Assembly (NCBI GenBank): GCA_950097015.1
Contig: CATNEN010000038.1
Coordinates: forward strand, 15,872,001 to 15,936,000
From: Macrostomum hystrix
Lineage: Eukaryota > Animalia > Platyhelminthes
Direction: 5' to 3'
DNA: 64,000 nt
In this document: one piece after another, positions 22,460 to 35,436 of the stretch
How positions within the stretch are numbered: position 1 is the first letter of the stretch
Layout of the letters: each line of letters begins with the position of its first letter
Translations under genes and position numbers: made by a program
Notes under the pieces: model-generated
Databases searched by the model: none
What the model was told of the DNA's origin: nothing
The model's input: only the letters and a program-made list of their open reading frames with translations

Positions 22460-24045
22460 AGTTTGAATCATTGCAACAATAGAGTCTGAATCATGGCTAA
22501 ACCAGAGTCAGAAACATGGCTAAACCAGAGCTTGAATCATGGCTAAACCAGAGTCTGAATCATGGCTAAACCATAATATGAATCATGGCAAAACTGGAGT
22601 CTGAATCATGGCTAAACCAGAGTTTGAATCATGGCTAAACTAGAGTCTGAATCATGGCTAAACCAGAGTTTGAATCATGGCTAAACCAGAGTCTGAATCA
22701 TGGCTAAACCAGAGTTTGAATCATGGCTAAACCAGAGTATGAATCATGGCTAAAGCAGAGTCTGAATCATGGCTAAACCAGCGTCTGAATCATGGCTAAA
22801 CCAGCGTCTGAATCATGGCTAAACCAGAGTTTGAATCATGGCTAAACCAGAGTTTCAATCATGGCTAAACCAGCGTCTGAATCATGGCTAAACCAGCGTC
22901 TTAATCATGGCTAAACCAGAGTTTGAATCATGGCTAAACCAGAGTTTGAATATTGGCTACACCAGAGTTTGAATCATGGCTAAACCAGAGACTAAATCAT
23001 GGCTAAACCATCATCATCAGCATGGCTAAACTAGAGTTTGAATCATGGCTAAACCAGAGTTTGAATAATGGCTACACCAGAGTTTGAATCATGGCTAAAC
23101 CAGAGTCTGAATCATGGCTAAACCAGAGTTTGAATCATGGCTAAACCAGAGTTTGAATCATGGCTAAACCAGACTTTGAATCATAGCCAACCAGAGTTTG
23201 AATCTTGGCTAAACCAGAGTTTCAATCATGGCTAACCCAGCGTTTGAATCATGGCTAAAGCAGAGTCTGAATCATGGCAAAAACCGAGTTTCAATCATGG
23301 CTAACCCAGAGTATGAATCATGGCTAAAGCAGAGTCTGAATCATGGCTAAACCAGCGTCTGAATCATGGCTAAACCAGCGTCTGAATCATGGCTAAACCA
23401 GAGTTTGAATCATGGCTAAACCAGAGTTTCAATCATGGCTAAACCAGCGTCTGAATCATGGCTAAACCAGCGTCTTAATCATGGCTAAACCAGAGTTTGA
23501 ATCATGGCTAAACCAGAGTTTGAATATTGGCTACACCAGAGTTTGAATCATGGCTAAACCAGAGACTAAATCATGGCTAAACCATCATCATCAGCATGGC
23601 TAAACTAGAGTTTGAATCATGGCTAAACCAGAGTTTGAATAATGGCTACACCAGAGTTTGAATCATGGCTAAACCAGAGTCTGAATCATGGCTAAACCAG
23701 AGTTTGAATCATGGCTAAACCAGAGTTTGAATCATGGCTAAACCAGACTTTGAATCATAGCCAACCAGAGTTTGAATCTTGGCTAAACCAGAGTTTCAAT
23801 CATGGCTAACCCAGCGTTTGAATCATGGCTAAACCAGAGTTTGAATCATGGCAAAAACCGAGTTTCAATCATGGCTAACCCAGCGTTTGAATCATGGCTA
23901 AACCAGAGTTTGAATCTTGGCTAAACCAGAGTTTGAATCATAGCCAACCAGAGTCTGAATCATGGCAAAACGAGAGTTTGAATCATAGCCCACCAGGGTT
24001 TAAAACATGGCGAAACCTGAGTTTGAATCTTGGCTAACCCAGCGT
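22460..24045. repeat. 23-bp minisatellite (CTAAACCAGAGTTTGAATCATGG)n
   Basis: Direct tandem repeats with a higher-order duplication (the CATCATCATCAG variant occurs at about 23010 and 23583). Confidence 0.97.
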
Positions 24046-24057
24046 TTGAAAAATCAA

Positions 24058-25908
24058 CGTCAACTGGGGAGTCATCATCAAAATGGGACTCATGGTGAAC
24101 TGGGGGATCATGGTAAACTGGGGGATAATTGTCGACTGGGAGATCATTGTCAACTGGGGGATCATTGTCAACTGGGGGTTCATTGTCAACTGTGGGATCA
24201 TTGTCAACCGGCGGGATCATTGTCAACTGGGGGATCATTGTCAACTGTGGGATCATTGTCAACTGGGTGATCATCATCAACTAGGGGAACATTGTCAACT
24301 GGAGGAACATTGTTAACTGGGGATCATCATCAATGGGGAGACTTCATCAACTGGGGGATCATTGAGAACTGGGGGATCTTTGTCAACTGGGGGATCATTG
24401 TGAACTGGGGGATCTTTGTCAACTGGGGGATCATTGTATACTGTGGGATCATTGTCAACTGGGGGATCATTGTCAACTGGGGAATCATTGTCAACTGGGG
24501 GATCATTGTCAACTGGGGGATCATTGTCAACTGGGGGATCATCATCAACTGGGGGATCATTGTCAACTGGGGGATCATTCTCAACTGGGGGATCATTGTC
24601 AACTGGGGGATCATTTTCAACTGGGGGATCATCATCAACTGGGGGATCATTGTCAACTGGGGGATCATTGTCAACTGGGGGATCATTGTCAACTGGGGGA
24701 TCTTTGTTAACTGGGGGATCATTGTCAACTGGGGGATCATTGTCAACTGGGGGATCATTGTCAACTGGGGGATCATTTTCAACTGGGGGATCATCATCAA
24801 CTGGGGGATCATCATCAACTGGGTGATCATTGTGAACTGGGGGATCTTTGTCAACTGGGGGATCATTGTCAACTGTGGGATCATTGTCAACTGGGGGATC
24901 ATTGTCAACTGGGGGATCATTTTCAACTGGGGGATCATCATCAACTGGGGGATCATCATCAACTGGGTGATCATTGTGAACTGGGGGATCATTGTCAACT
25001 GTGGGATCATTGTCAACTGGGGGATCATTGTCAAATGGGGGATCATTGTCAACTGGGTGATCGTTGTCAACTGGGGGATCATTGTCAACTGGGGGATCAT
25101 TGTCAACTGGGGGATCATTGTCAACTGGGGGATCATCATCAACTGGGGGATCATTGTCAACTGGGGGTTCATTGTCAACTGTGGGATCATTGTCAACCGG
25201 CGGGATCATTGTCAACTGGGGGATCATTGTCAACTGGGGGATCATTGTCAACTGGGTGATCATCATCAACTGGGGGATCATTGTCAACTGGGGGAACATT
25301 GTCAACTGGAGGAACATTGTTAACTAGGGATCATCATCAATGGGGAGACTTCATCAACTGGGGGATCATTGTCAACTGGGGGATCATTCTCAACTGGGGG
25401 ATCATTGTCAACTGGGGGATCATTTTCAACTGGGGGATCATCATCAACTGGGGGATCATTGTCAACTGGGGGATCATTGTCAACTGGGGGATCATTGTCA
25501 ACTGGGGGATCTTTGTTAACTGGGGGATCATTGTCAACTGGGGGATCATTGTCAACTGGGGGATCATTGTCAACTGGGGGATCATTTTCAACTGGGGGAT
25601 CATCATCAACTGGGGGATCATCATCAACTGGGTGATCATTGTGAACTGGGGGATCTTTGTCAACTGGGGGATCATTGTCAACTGTGGGATCATTGTCAAC
25701 TGGGGGATCATTGTCAACTGGGGGATCATTTTCAACTGGGGGATCATCATCAACTGGGTGATCATTGTGAACTGGGGGATCATTGTCAACTGTGGGATCA
25801 TTGTCAACTGGGGGATCATTGTCAAATGGGGGATCATTGTCAACTGGGTGATCGTTGTCAACTGGGGGATCATTGTCAACTGGGGGATCATTGTCAACTG
25901 GGGGATCA
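24058..25908. repeat. 18-bp minisatellite (AACTGGGGGATCATTGTC)n
   Basis: Direct tandem repeats; the source of the spurious NWGIIV and DNDPPV ORFs. Confidence 0.97.
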
Positions 25909-26609
25909 ATGTAGAATTAAAAAGCTGTAAATTCAGCTGCTAAAAAGTATATTATAGACGAATTAAAAGTATTTCTGCTCCCCGAAGGGGGGCAAAACTT
26001 GCTAGTCCACTATACTAAAAATGAAATGCTTGCTTGCTTGCTTGCTTGCTTGTAATTGATTTTCTCCCGAGCGGCTCAACCGATTTTCACCATTTCTTCA
26101 CCAAAAGATGCCAAATATGGGGACAATTTTACACGTAATTTTATTAAGCTTAACTTTATTGCTAAAGGGATTAAATATTCGATTCAATGATTTTTTCAAA
26201 GGTCAAACCATCTTGGCCTATTGAGAATTTCACTCACTGCCACTGAATTGAAATTGCATCGTCAAATTGCGCAACAACCCCAAGCTGATTGAATTTGAAG
26301 CCTGCACTCTGGAGACAAATTGGAAATAAATGTACACAACCAACCGCGAGACTGAGTGTACTCTATTTTCTCACTTCATTGTACAAAGCCAGAACTTTGA
26401 GAAATCATTTTATAAGGCTGATTTCTGCACCCACTAACCAACAGTCGGAATAGCCGATGTGTAGGCACTAGGAATAGGTTATAGGCTAGGCTAGGGTTCG
26501 ATTCTGCACTGCGTCAAATCATTTAGACTAATTTTCAGCCAGTAGTGATTGAAGATTATTTTGATTTATTTTTTTCATTTCGTAAATAAAATATCACAAA
26601 TCATAGCAA

Positions 26610-29440
26610 ATCTGAGTTTGAATCATTGCAACAATAGAGTCTGAATCATGGCTAAACCAGAGTCTGAAACATGGCTAAACCAGAGCTTGAATCATGGCTA
26701 AACTGGAGTCTGAATCATGGCTAAACCAGAGTCTGAATCATTGCTAAACCAGAGTTTGAATCATGGCTAAACCAGAGCTTGAATCATGGCTAAACTGGAG
26801 TCTGAATCATGGCTAAACCAGAGTCTGAATCATTGCTAAACAAGAGTTTGAATCATGGCTAAACCAGAGTTTGAATCATTCTAAACCAGCGTTTGAATCA
26901 TGGCTAAACCAGAGTTTGAATCACGGCTAAACCAGAGTTTGAATCATGTCTAAACCAGAGCTTGAATGATGGCTAAACCAGTGTTTGAATCATGGCTAAA
27001 GCATAGTTTGAATCATGGCTAAACCAGAGTCTGAATCATGGCAAAACTGGAGTCTGAATCATGGCTAAACCAGAGTCTGAATCATTGCTAAACCAGAGTT
27101 TGAATCATGGCTAAACCAGAGTCTGAATCATGCCCAAACCAGAGTTTGAATCATGGCTAAATCAGAGTCTGAATCATGGCAAAACTGGAGTCTGAATCAT
27201 GGCTAAACCAGAGTCTGAATCATTGCTAAACCAGAGTTTGAATCATGGCTTAACCAGAGTCTGAATCATGGCTAAACCAGAGTTTGAATCATGGCTAAAC
27301 CAGAGTTTGAATCATGGCTAAACCAGAGTCTGAATCATGGCTAAACCAGAGTCTGAATCATTGTTAAACCAGAGTTTGTATCATGGCTAAACCAGAGTTT
27401 GAATCATGGCTAAACCAGAGTCTGAATCATGGTTAACCTAGAGTCTGAATCATGGCTAAATTTGAATCATGGCTAAACCAGAGTCTGAAACATGGCTAAA
27501 CCAGAGCTTGAATCATGGCTAAACTGGAGTCTGAATCATGGCTAAACCAGAGTCTGAATCATTGCTAAACCAGAGTTTGAATCATGGCTAAACCAGAGTT
27601 TGAATCATGGCTAAACTGGAGTCTGAATCATGGCTAAACCAGAGTCTGAATCATTGCTAAACAAGAGTTTGAATCATGGCTAAACCAGAGTTTGAATCAT
27701 TCTAAACCAGCGTTTGAATCATGGCTAAACCAGAGTTTGAATCACGGCTAAACCAGAGTTTGAATCATGTCTAAACCAGAGCTTGAATGATGGCTAAACC
27801 AGTGTTTGAATCATGGCTAAAGCATAGTTTGAATCATGGCTAAACCAGAGTCTGAATCATGGCTTAACCAGAGTTTGAATCATGGCTTAACCAGAGTTTG
27901 AATCATGGCCAAACCAGAGTTTGAATCATGGCTAAACCAGAGTCTGAATCATGGCAAAACTGGAGTCTGAATCATGGCTAAACCAGAGTCTGAATCATTG
28001 CTAAACCAGAGTTTGAATCATGGCTAAACCAGAGTCTGAATCATGGCTAAACCAGAGTTTGAATCATGGCTAAACCAGAGTTTGAATCATGGCTAAACCA
28101 GAGTTTGAATCATGGCTAAACCAGAGTCTGAATCATGGTTAACCTAGAGTCTAAATCATGGCTAAATTTGAATCAAGGCGAAACCAGAGTTTGAATCATG
28201 GCTACACCAGAGTTTAAATCATGGCTAAAACAGAGTTTGAATCATGGCTAAACCAGACTTTAAATCATCACAGCGTCTGAATCATGGCTAAACCAGAGTT
28301 TGAATCATGGCTAAACCAGAGTTTGAATCATGGCTAAACCAGAGTTTGAATCATGGCTAAACCAGAGTCTGAATCATGGTTAACCTAGAGTCTGAATCAT
28401 GGCTAAATTTGAATCAAGGCGAAACCAGAGTCTGAAACATGGCTAAACCAGAGCTTGAATCATGGCTAAACTGGAGTCTGAATCATGGCTAAACCAGAGT
28501 CTGAATCATTGCTAAACCAGAGTCTGAATCATGGCTAAACCAGAGTTTGAATCATGGCTACACCAGAGTCTGAATCATGGCTACACCAGAGTCTGAATCA
28601 TGGCTAAACCAGAGTTTGAATCATGGCTAAACCAGAGTTTGAATCATGGCTAAACCAGAGCTTGAATCATGGCTAAACCAGAGCTTGAATCATGGCTAAA
28701 CCAGAGTTTGAATCATTGCTAACCAGAGTTTGAGTCATGGCTAAACCAGAGTTTGAATCATGGCTAAACCAGAGTTCGAATCATTGCTAACCAGAGTCTG
28801 AATCATGGCTAAACCAGAGTTTGAATCATGGCTAAACCAGAGTTTGAATCATGGCTAAACCAGAGTTTGAATCATGGCTAAACCAGAGTTTGAATCATGG
28901 CTAAACCAGAGTTTGAATCATGGCTAAACCAGAGTTCGAATCATTGCTAACCAGAGTCTGAATCATGGCTAAACCAGAGTTTGAATCATGGCTAAACCAG
29001 AGTTTGAATCATGGCTAAACCAGAGTTTGAATCATAGCTAAACCAGAGTTTGAATCATGGCTAAACCAGAGTTCGAATCATTGCTAACCAGAGTCTGAAT
29101 CATGGCTAAACCAGAGTTTGAATCATGGCTAAACCAGAGCTTCAATCATGGCTAAACCAGAGTTTGAATGATGGCTAAACCAGAGTTTGAATCATGGCTA
29201 AACCAGAGTTTGAGTCATGGCAAAACCAGAGTTTGAATCATAGTCAACCAGAGTCTGAATCATGGCTAAACCAGAGTTTGAATCATGGTAAAACGAGAGT
29301 TTGAATCATGGCAAAACCAGAGTTTGAATCATAGTCAGTCAGAGTCTGAATCATGGCAAAACGAGAGTTTGAATCATAGCCCACCAGGGTTTAAAACATG
29401 GCGAAACCTGAGTTTGAATCTTGGCTAACCCAGCGTTTGA
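26610..29440. repeat. 23-bp minisatellite, second array
   Basis: Same unit as 22460-24045. Confidence 0.97.
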
Positions 29441-29448
29441 AAAATCAA

Positions 29449-30135
29449 CGTCAACTGGGGAGTCATCATCAAAATGGGGATCATGGTAAACTGGGGGATA
29501 ATCGTCAACTGGGGGATCATGGTAAACTGGGGGATAATTGTCAACTGGGGAATCATCATCAAATGGGGGATCATGGTCAACTTGGGGATCATTGTCAACT
29601 GGATGATCATCATTAACTGGGGGATCATCATTAACTGGGGGATCATCATCAACTGGGGGATCATTGTGAACTGGGGGATCATTGTCAACTGGGGGATCAT
29701 TGTCAACTGTGGGATCATTGTCAACTGGGGGATCATTGTCAACTGGGGGATTATTGTCAACTGGGGGATCGTTGTCAACTGGGGGATCATCATTAACTGG
29801 GGGATCATTGTCAACTGGGAGTTCATTGTCAACTAGGGGATCATTGTCAACTGGGGGAACATTGTCAACTGGAGGGGACATTGTCAACTTGGGGATCATT
29901 GTCAACTGGGGGATCATTGTCAACTGGGGGATCGTTGTCAACTGGGGGTTCATTGTCAACTGTGGGATCATTGTCAACTGGGGGATCATTGTCAACTGGG
30001 GGATCATTGTCAACTGGGGGATCATTGTCAACTGGGGGTTCATTGTCAACTGGGGGATCATTGTCAACTGGGGGATCATCATCAACTGTGGGATCATCAT
30101 CAACTGGGGGATCATTGTCAACTGGTGGTTCATTG
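29449..30135. repeat. 18-bp minisatellite, second array
   Basis: Same unit as 24058-25908. Confidence 0.97.
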
Positions 30136-30486
30136 TAGCTTTAAAAAGCTGTAAATTCAGCTGCTAAAAAGTATATACTAGACGAATTAAAAGTATTTCT
30201 GCTCCCCGAAGGGGGGCAAAACTTGCTAGTTCTAATCTGAAATTTGAATGAAACTTGGTAGGGTTGGCAAAGAGTGTTAAAAACGAAAACCAATGAAATA
30301 CTATATCTACATTTTTATTGGCTAATGACTGGCTTCATCCCCCACTTTTGAGCACGGGCGTCGTATTTGACTCATGACTCCAGATAATTTTTTTATCATT
30401 CTATTTCAAGTCTATTTTTGATTACAAAATGGAAAAATCATTAATTAAAAAGCTTATTAATTGGGAGAAATGGACCTCCAGCAAAG

Positions 30487-30770
30487 TCCAGCAGCCTGCC
30501 ACCGTCCAACAGCCCGCCACCGTCCAACAGTCCGCCACCGTCCAACAGCCCGCTACCGTCCAACAGCCCGCTACCGTCCAACAGCCCGCCACCGTCCAAC
30601 AGCCCGCCACCGTCCAACAGCCCGCTACCGTCCAACAGCCCGCCACCGTCCAACAGCCCGCCACCGTCCAACAGCCCGCTACCGTCCAACAGCCCGCCAC
30701 CGTCCAACAGCCCACCACCGTCCAACAGCCCGCTACCGTCCAACAGCCCGCTACCGTCCAACATCCTGCC
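30487..30770 (+). repeat. Coding 18-bp repeat (QQPATV)n
   Basis: CAACAGCCCGCYACCGTC, about 15 copies. Confidence 0.95.
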
Positions 30771-32859
30771 GCAGTTAAGCCGAAGAAGATGCGGGCCGGG
30801 CAAGAATACATCTGCCCGTTTGGCAATTGCTTGCCAATAAAAAAGTTCCGCTTCAGCGAGCACATCAAAAGGACACACACGACTGTGCTAGAGAACACAA
30901 AGCAGCAGCTAGCAGCAACCGGAATCTCATCTGAAGCTGCGCTTCAAAAAGAAGCCTTAAAAGCTGTGCGTGCGGCAGTTAAGCTATCAGCTGACTGCCA
31001 GCCCGGCCGATGCCGGAGATGGCGCAACAGTGCCACATCTGGGGCGAGCGGCGGAACAGTCCAAATCTTTTATCCAGCTACCTGCGCAACAGCCATCCTG
31101 ACGCTGTCCGAGCGGCAAAACAGCAGAAGCTGGTTGATGCCAGGGCGAAAGTTCCGGCCAGAGCGGTGGTTTCCGAGCATCCTTCAGCCGCTGATGTCGA
31201 GGCTCTGTGCGACTTCCTAGCGAGCTCGCTCGGCGGACGCAGAAAACCGGCTACGATCCGGGAAATCCGGTGCTATCTAAAACGGCTGATGCAGCGCCTC
31301 GACATAATCAGCTTTAAGCAGCTGATCGGCGAGGATCGGCGTGGCGTGGTCAGCGCCTACTTGGACAGCCTGACTTACTCGATGCTGAAACAGACAGTTT
31401 CCGCCCTGGAGAAGGTCGGAAACTTTCTGATTACGGCACGCTACCAGCACATCTTCGATGGTGGGCTCACCTCGTACGGGCAGGTTACCAAAAATTGGAC
31501 GGCGAGCTCAATGGGGCCGAAGGCGGAATACTACGCCGGGCTGGCGGACCGCCGAGAGGAGGAGCTGCTCACCGGCGAGCAAATCAAAGCGGTGTTTGAC
31601 ATGAAGGCCTCTGTTCTTGAAGAAGCGCGGTCTACAAAGGACAGGTGAGTTTTTTAGGTTTATTCTTTTTAAGGCTTTTAATAACAATCTGACAATGATT
31701 TTCTGTTAGTGATTCAAAGTGGCACTAGCATTCGAAACCAGCATAGAAAAAATACTATCTTGAATTCCTATCCTCACAGGACAGGGACATACCTTGCCGT
31801 TGGGATGGTGATCTGCTTCGGCAATGGCAACGCCAACCGGCAAGGTGTGGCCTCGACCTGTCTCATCTCGGACGCCCGGCGCTGGCTTAAAGCCCCCAAC
31901 GAGCCGTTGAAGGTAAAGACAAACAAGTCAAACGAAAAGCACGGATCGGCTTGGGCCAGCGTCACGCCGTGCGCTGATCTGCTGAAGCAGCTGCTGACCC
32001 AGCGATTCGCAGAGCGCCCAAAGGACGAAGACCTGGCGCTCGTCTTCCCCTACGGCTCGTTTGACCGCATTTTTTATCAGTACCGAGAGCGATACTCGCC
32101 ATTACTAAAAAATGTGACGTGGACATGGCTGGAAACTACGGGCCTCGAAAATTCATCTGCGGAGGAGAAGCGGCTGATGGCCGACCACCAAAACCATATC
32201 GAAAGTGTGCAGCGCCAGTTTTATCAGGTAAGATTTGCTACATTCTATACAAAAACCTTGTCAATTTTTTTAGCTAATAGGGCCTCATTTTTTAGGATTA
32301 ACTTTATCAAGATTAATATTATTGATTAACTGTACTGCCCCAATCAAAACAGGCCCAAACCAAGGAGAGGCGCCGAAAGGGCCGCGAGCTGACGAAGAAG
32401 CTGGTCTCCGGTGTGGCCTCGGTGAACCTGGAGACTTTAAACACCAAGGCTCCACTCCATGGTCATCAACTGCAGAGGGCGGCAAACGCACTAGCAGGCG
32501 GCATCGATGGTTAACTTTTCCGGGAGATAAAAAATTAAAATTATAGTGTAAAACTGAAAGGCGAAAGTTGTCCCTTTAAAAACCGCATAAAGATTATCAA
32601 AATCATGAACACTCTAAAATGATCGAGTAAAAATGTACTTTAAAAATATTCTGTCACATTTTTATTTTAATAGACTACGACCTAGACGGAATGTTCCAAA
32701 CTATTGATAATCCGGCATCTGAGGAGAGCGGCTCTGCTGGCACATCAAAAGCTGCCGCAGATGCCGCGAACAAGGAGCTTCCGCCATGCAGATGGCAGAA
32801 GAAAACGGCGCAAACGAAAAGGCAAAAGTGACCAGCTGCTGCCACTGGCGTCGCCACTA

Positions 32860-33365
32860 CTTCCGCTGGCGCCAACTTGCCTGCCGCTAGCGCCAACCTG
32901 CCTGCACCTTGCGCCAACCTGCTTATTGCTGGCGCCAACCTGCCTGCTGCTGGCGCCAACCTGCCTGCTGCTGGCGCCAACCTGCCTTCCGTTGGCGCCA
33001 ACCTGCCTGCCGCTTGCACCAACCTGCCTATTGCTGGCGCCAACTTGCCTTTTGCTGGCGCCAACCTGCCTGCTGCTGGCGCCAACCTGCCTGCTGCTGG
33101 CGCCAACCTGCCTGCTGCTGGCGCCAACCTGCCTGCTGCTGGCGCCAATCTGCCTGCTGCTGGCGCCAACCTTCCGCTGGCGCCAACCTGCCTGCTGCTC
33201 GCGCCAATCTGCCTGCTGCTGGCGCCAACCTGCCTGCTGCTGGTGCCAACATGCCTGCTGCTGGCGCCAACCTGCCTGCTGCTGGTGCCAACCTGCCTGC
33301 TGCGGGTGCCAACATGCCTGCCGATGTTGCCAACCTGCCTGCCGCTGTTGCCAGCCTGCCTGCCG
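32860..33365 (+). repeat. Coding 21-bp repeat (AGANLPA)n
   Basis: GCTGGCGCCAACCTGCCTGCT, over 20 copies, linking the recombinase and PWWP regions. Confidence 0.95.
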
Positions 33366-33894
33366 TTGGAGCTGTTGTCGACTCTGCTAAGCCGCCGGGT
33401 AACTGCGTGGCTCGAAAGCGACCTCCACAGTTCAGTGCCAGCACCAGCGCCGCTAGTCCAGCGAGCAAGCGGCCAGAAGTTGAGCCAGGCTGCCTTGCTC
33501 TCGGCTACTGGCCAACGGACGGGGAAAACTGGTGGCCGGCTATGGTTTGCCTACGCAGGCACGGTTCCAGCTGCACAAAAGGCATTTGCACTCAACAAAT
33601 TCATGTGCAGTTTTTCGACAAACCGCGGTCGAGTGCCTGGATCCACCAGTGGCAACTTGTAAGTGGAGCTGAGCCGCTTAAATATGCCTCGAAAAAGCTC
33701 AGACAAGCCTACTAACAAATGGCGAAGGCCAGCAGCAGACTCGGAATGGAGTCTCGCTTGGTCAATTTTTTGACGAAATAACTGTTTGCTCTTAGATGTT
33801 ATTTGCACAAACTATTAAAGTCTTTAACTTTATAATTGCTCTCAACTGCGTAAAAATTGTAAAATAAACTTACACCATACTTTTAAAACACCTT

Positions 33895-34015
33895 TTCGCT
33901 GCGCTATTTCAATAGCGCTGCGCTAAAGGACACAAATTGTTTCAGTGGAGTCGGGAATCGAACCCCCAACCTTCAAGTCGTGAGTCCGACGCCCTTACCA
34001 CTAGGCTACAACCCC
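33895..34015 (-). mobile_element. tRNA-derived SINE (family A), best-preserved copy
   Basis: Minus strand GGGGTTGTAGCCTAGTGGTAAGGGCGTCGGACTCACGACTTGAAGGTTGGGGGTTCGATTCCC with A and B boxes, then a non-tRNA tail shared with other copies (e.g. 53560-53622). Confidence 0.7.
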
Positions 34016-35436
34016 AGACGAAATGTGAAAATCCATTTCGCATATTCTTTAGTCCCACGGATAATTTAGAGCTTCTACGAGTACTTATTATCTATAACTT
34101 TTTATCATATATAATATTACTATCATACCGAAGTTAAACAGTTGCAGTCTTTGTTTCTTCTTTCTTCTAAGCTTCTTTGTGTCGTCAATAATCGCCAGAT
34201 TAATAACTGGGCCATGCTCTATGCACTATAACTATAACGAAATGCCAATCCAGAGCAGCAGTCCCAGCTCCATCTTGCCGGCTCCGGAAGGTCCTTCTGA
34301 ACCCAACACGGAATGACACCCTGGCCTTTCACCCTGACCCTCACATATGCAGCTGTGCGATCGGTATATAGCTTGTGGAGCGGACATGGTTCCTCGATGA
34401 TACTTTGTGAGCTGAAATTCTGTCTATATTGATGGAATTTTGCCACCTGACACCAGACCCCGACGAGAGAATCGTTGATTTATTTCGACAATGCCGATTT
34501 TTGTTCGGAGCGGAAAGTATTAAACGAATGTCCTGGATATTTTAGTGAGGCAATTTTTTTCTCGAGGTCTTGTTGGATTAAAGTTCACGACCTCTCAAAA
34601 TCGCGTCGTACAATTTTGACAGATGTGTCGGAAAACAAATGCAACAGATACTTCTGCGCGTCGTCTCTTGAGTAGATAATCTCCCAGCTGTTTGTGGTCT
34701 AACAAAAGCCTTCCAAAGCTTCCCTAGTCGGCGCTTCTGACCTCGTCGGCCTGATTCCATCATCATCAGCTCTTCTTTAAGTCCCCGAGGGGGGAAAGCT
34801 TCGGGATAATTTAATAACTTTAATTAATAATGATTAATTAATTAGTAATAATTAATTATTCGTCATTTTTAATTTTCGGGATTTCATGGGAAAAAGGAGA
34901 CAAAGAAGGGGATAGTTGATGGAGGAGACTGGAGGAGTCCTCACAGTCACGCTTGTTCTCCTCTGCTCATGCTGCATGTTTGTCTCTTTATAAAGCATGG
35001 GCTTCAATTATCGTATAGAGAGATGAATACTCGAGCTCAGACACACACATGCATGTCAAGATAGACTTCTCCGAGAAATGTAGCTGGTTCTGTCAACGAA
35101 GAAGTATCAGTCTATGCAGAAATGGAATTGGTACAAACCTATTTTATATGTACACAATAGCATTTACACTGTATATGTACATAGTGACGTGGATTTACAC
35201 GTGTGCATTAAAGGGTAGTACAATAGTTGGCTCGGTGAGACTGGCTACCCAGTTTTTCTTAGTTTTAAGCATAATGGAACAATAGAAATGTACACTGTTT
35301 GTGGGGGGCAGGGCTGGCCGCCAGGCACAGTGAAATGCTGCCAAAGACACATGTCAGGTGCGAATATCTTTAGTCACAGCGGCTGCTTCTGCACAGGACC
35401 AGCCAAATTTAACCTAAAGCGGCTCTTATAGCTAGC

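Larger units (their letters stand above)
21846..26005 (+). mobile_element. Non-autonomous Helitron, unit 1
   Basis: 5' TCCACTATACTAAAAATG; 3' hairpin CCCCGAAGGGG followed by CTAG; whole unit repeated at 26006-30229. Confidence 0.85.
26006..30229 (+). mobile_element. Non-autonomous Helitron, unit 2 (head-to-tail with unit 1)
   Basis: Junction CTAG|TCCACTATAC at 26005/26006; same 3' hairpin and CTAG at 30226-30229 followed by T. Confidence 0.85.
30429..33781 (+). pseudogene. Spliced C2H2-finger / tyrosine-recombinase-like / PWWP gene, disrupted (exons approx. 30429-31644, 31780-32227, 32353-32509, 32674-33781)
   Basis: CPFGNC...HIKRTH finger; core-binding-like FL....GGRRKPATIREI; NANRQGV (Arg), KTNKS..HG.A (Lys), LMADHQNH....QRQFY (His/Tyr); C-terminal WWPAMV...IHVQFFD....AWI = PWWP. 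Frameshifts at about 31010 and 33170, in-frame stops at 32829 and 33713. Confidence 0.72.

Noticed and set aside
23960-30167. Long ORFs (NWGIIV, DNDPPV, MIPQLT, STGGSL repeats)
   Set aside because: Artefacts of an 18-bp stop-free satellite open in several frames inside a Helitron.
33940-34015. Functional tRNA (CAC anticodon-like)
   Set aside because: Acceptor stem does not pair, and the 3' tail is shared with dispersed degenerate copies, indicating a SINE.
34219-34766. Short minus-strand ORFs as a cargo gene of the recombinase element
   Set aside because: No recognisable domain, interrupted by a family C repeat fragment, and no consistent exon chain found.
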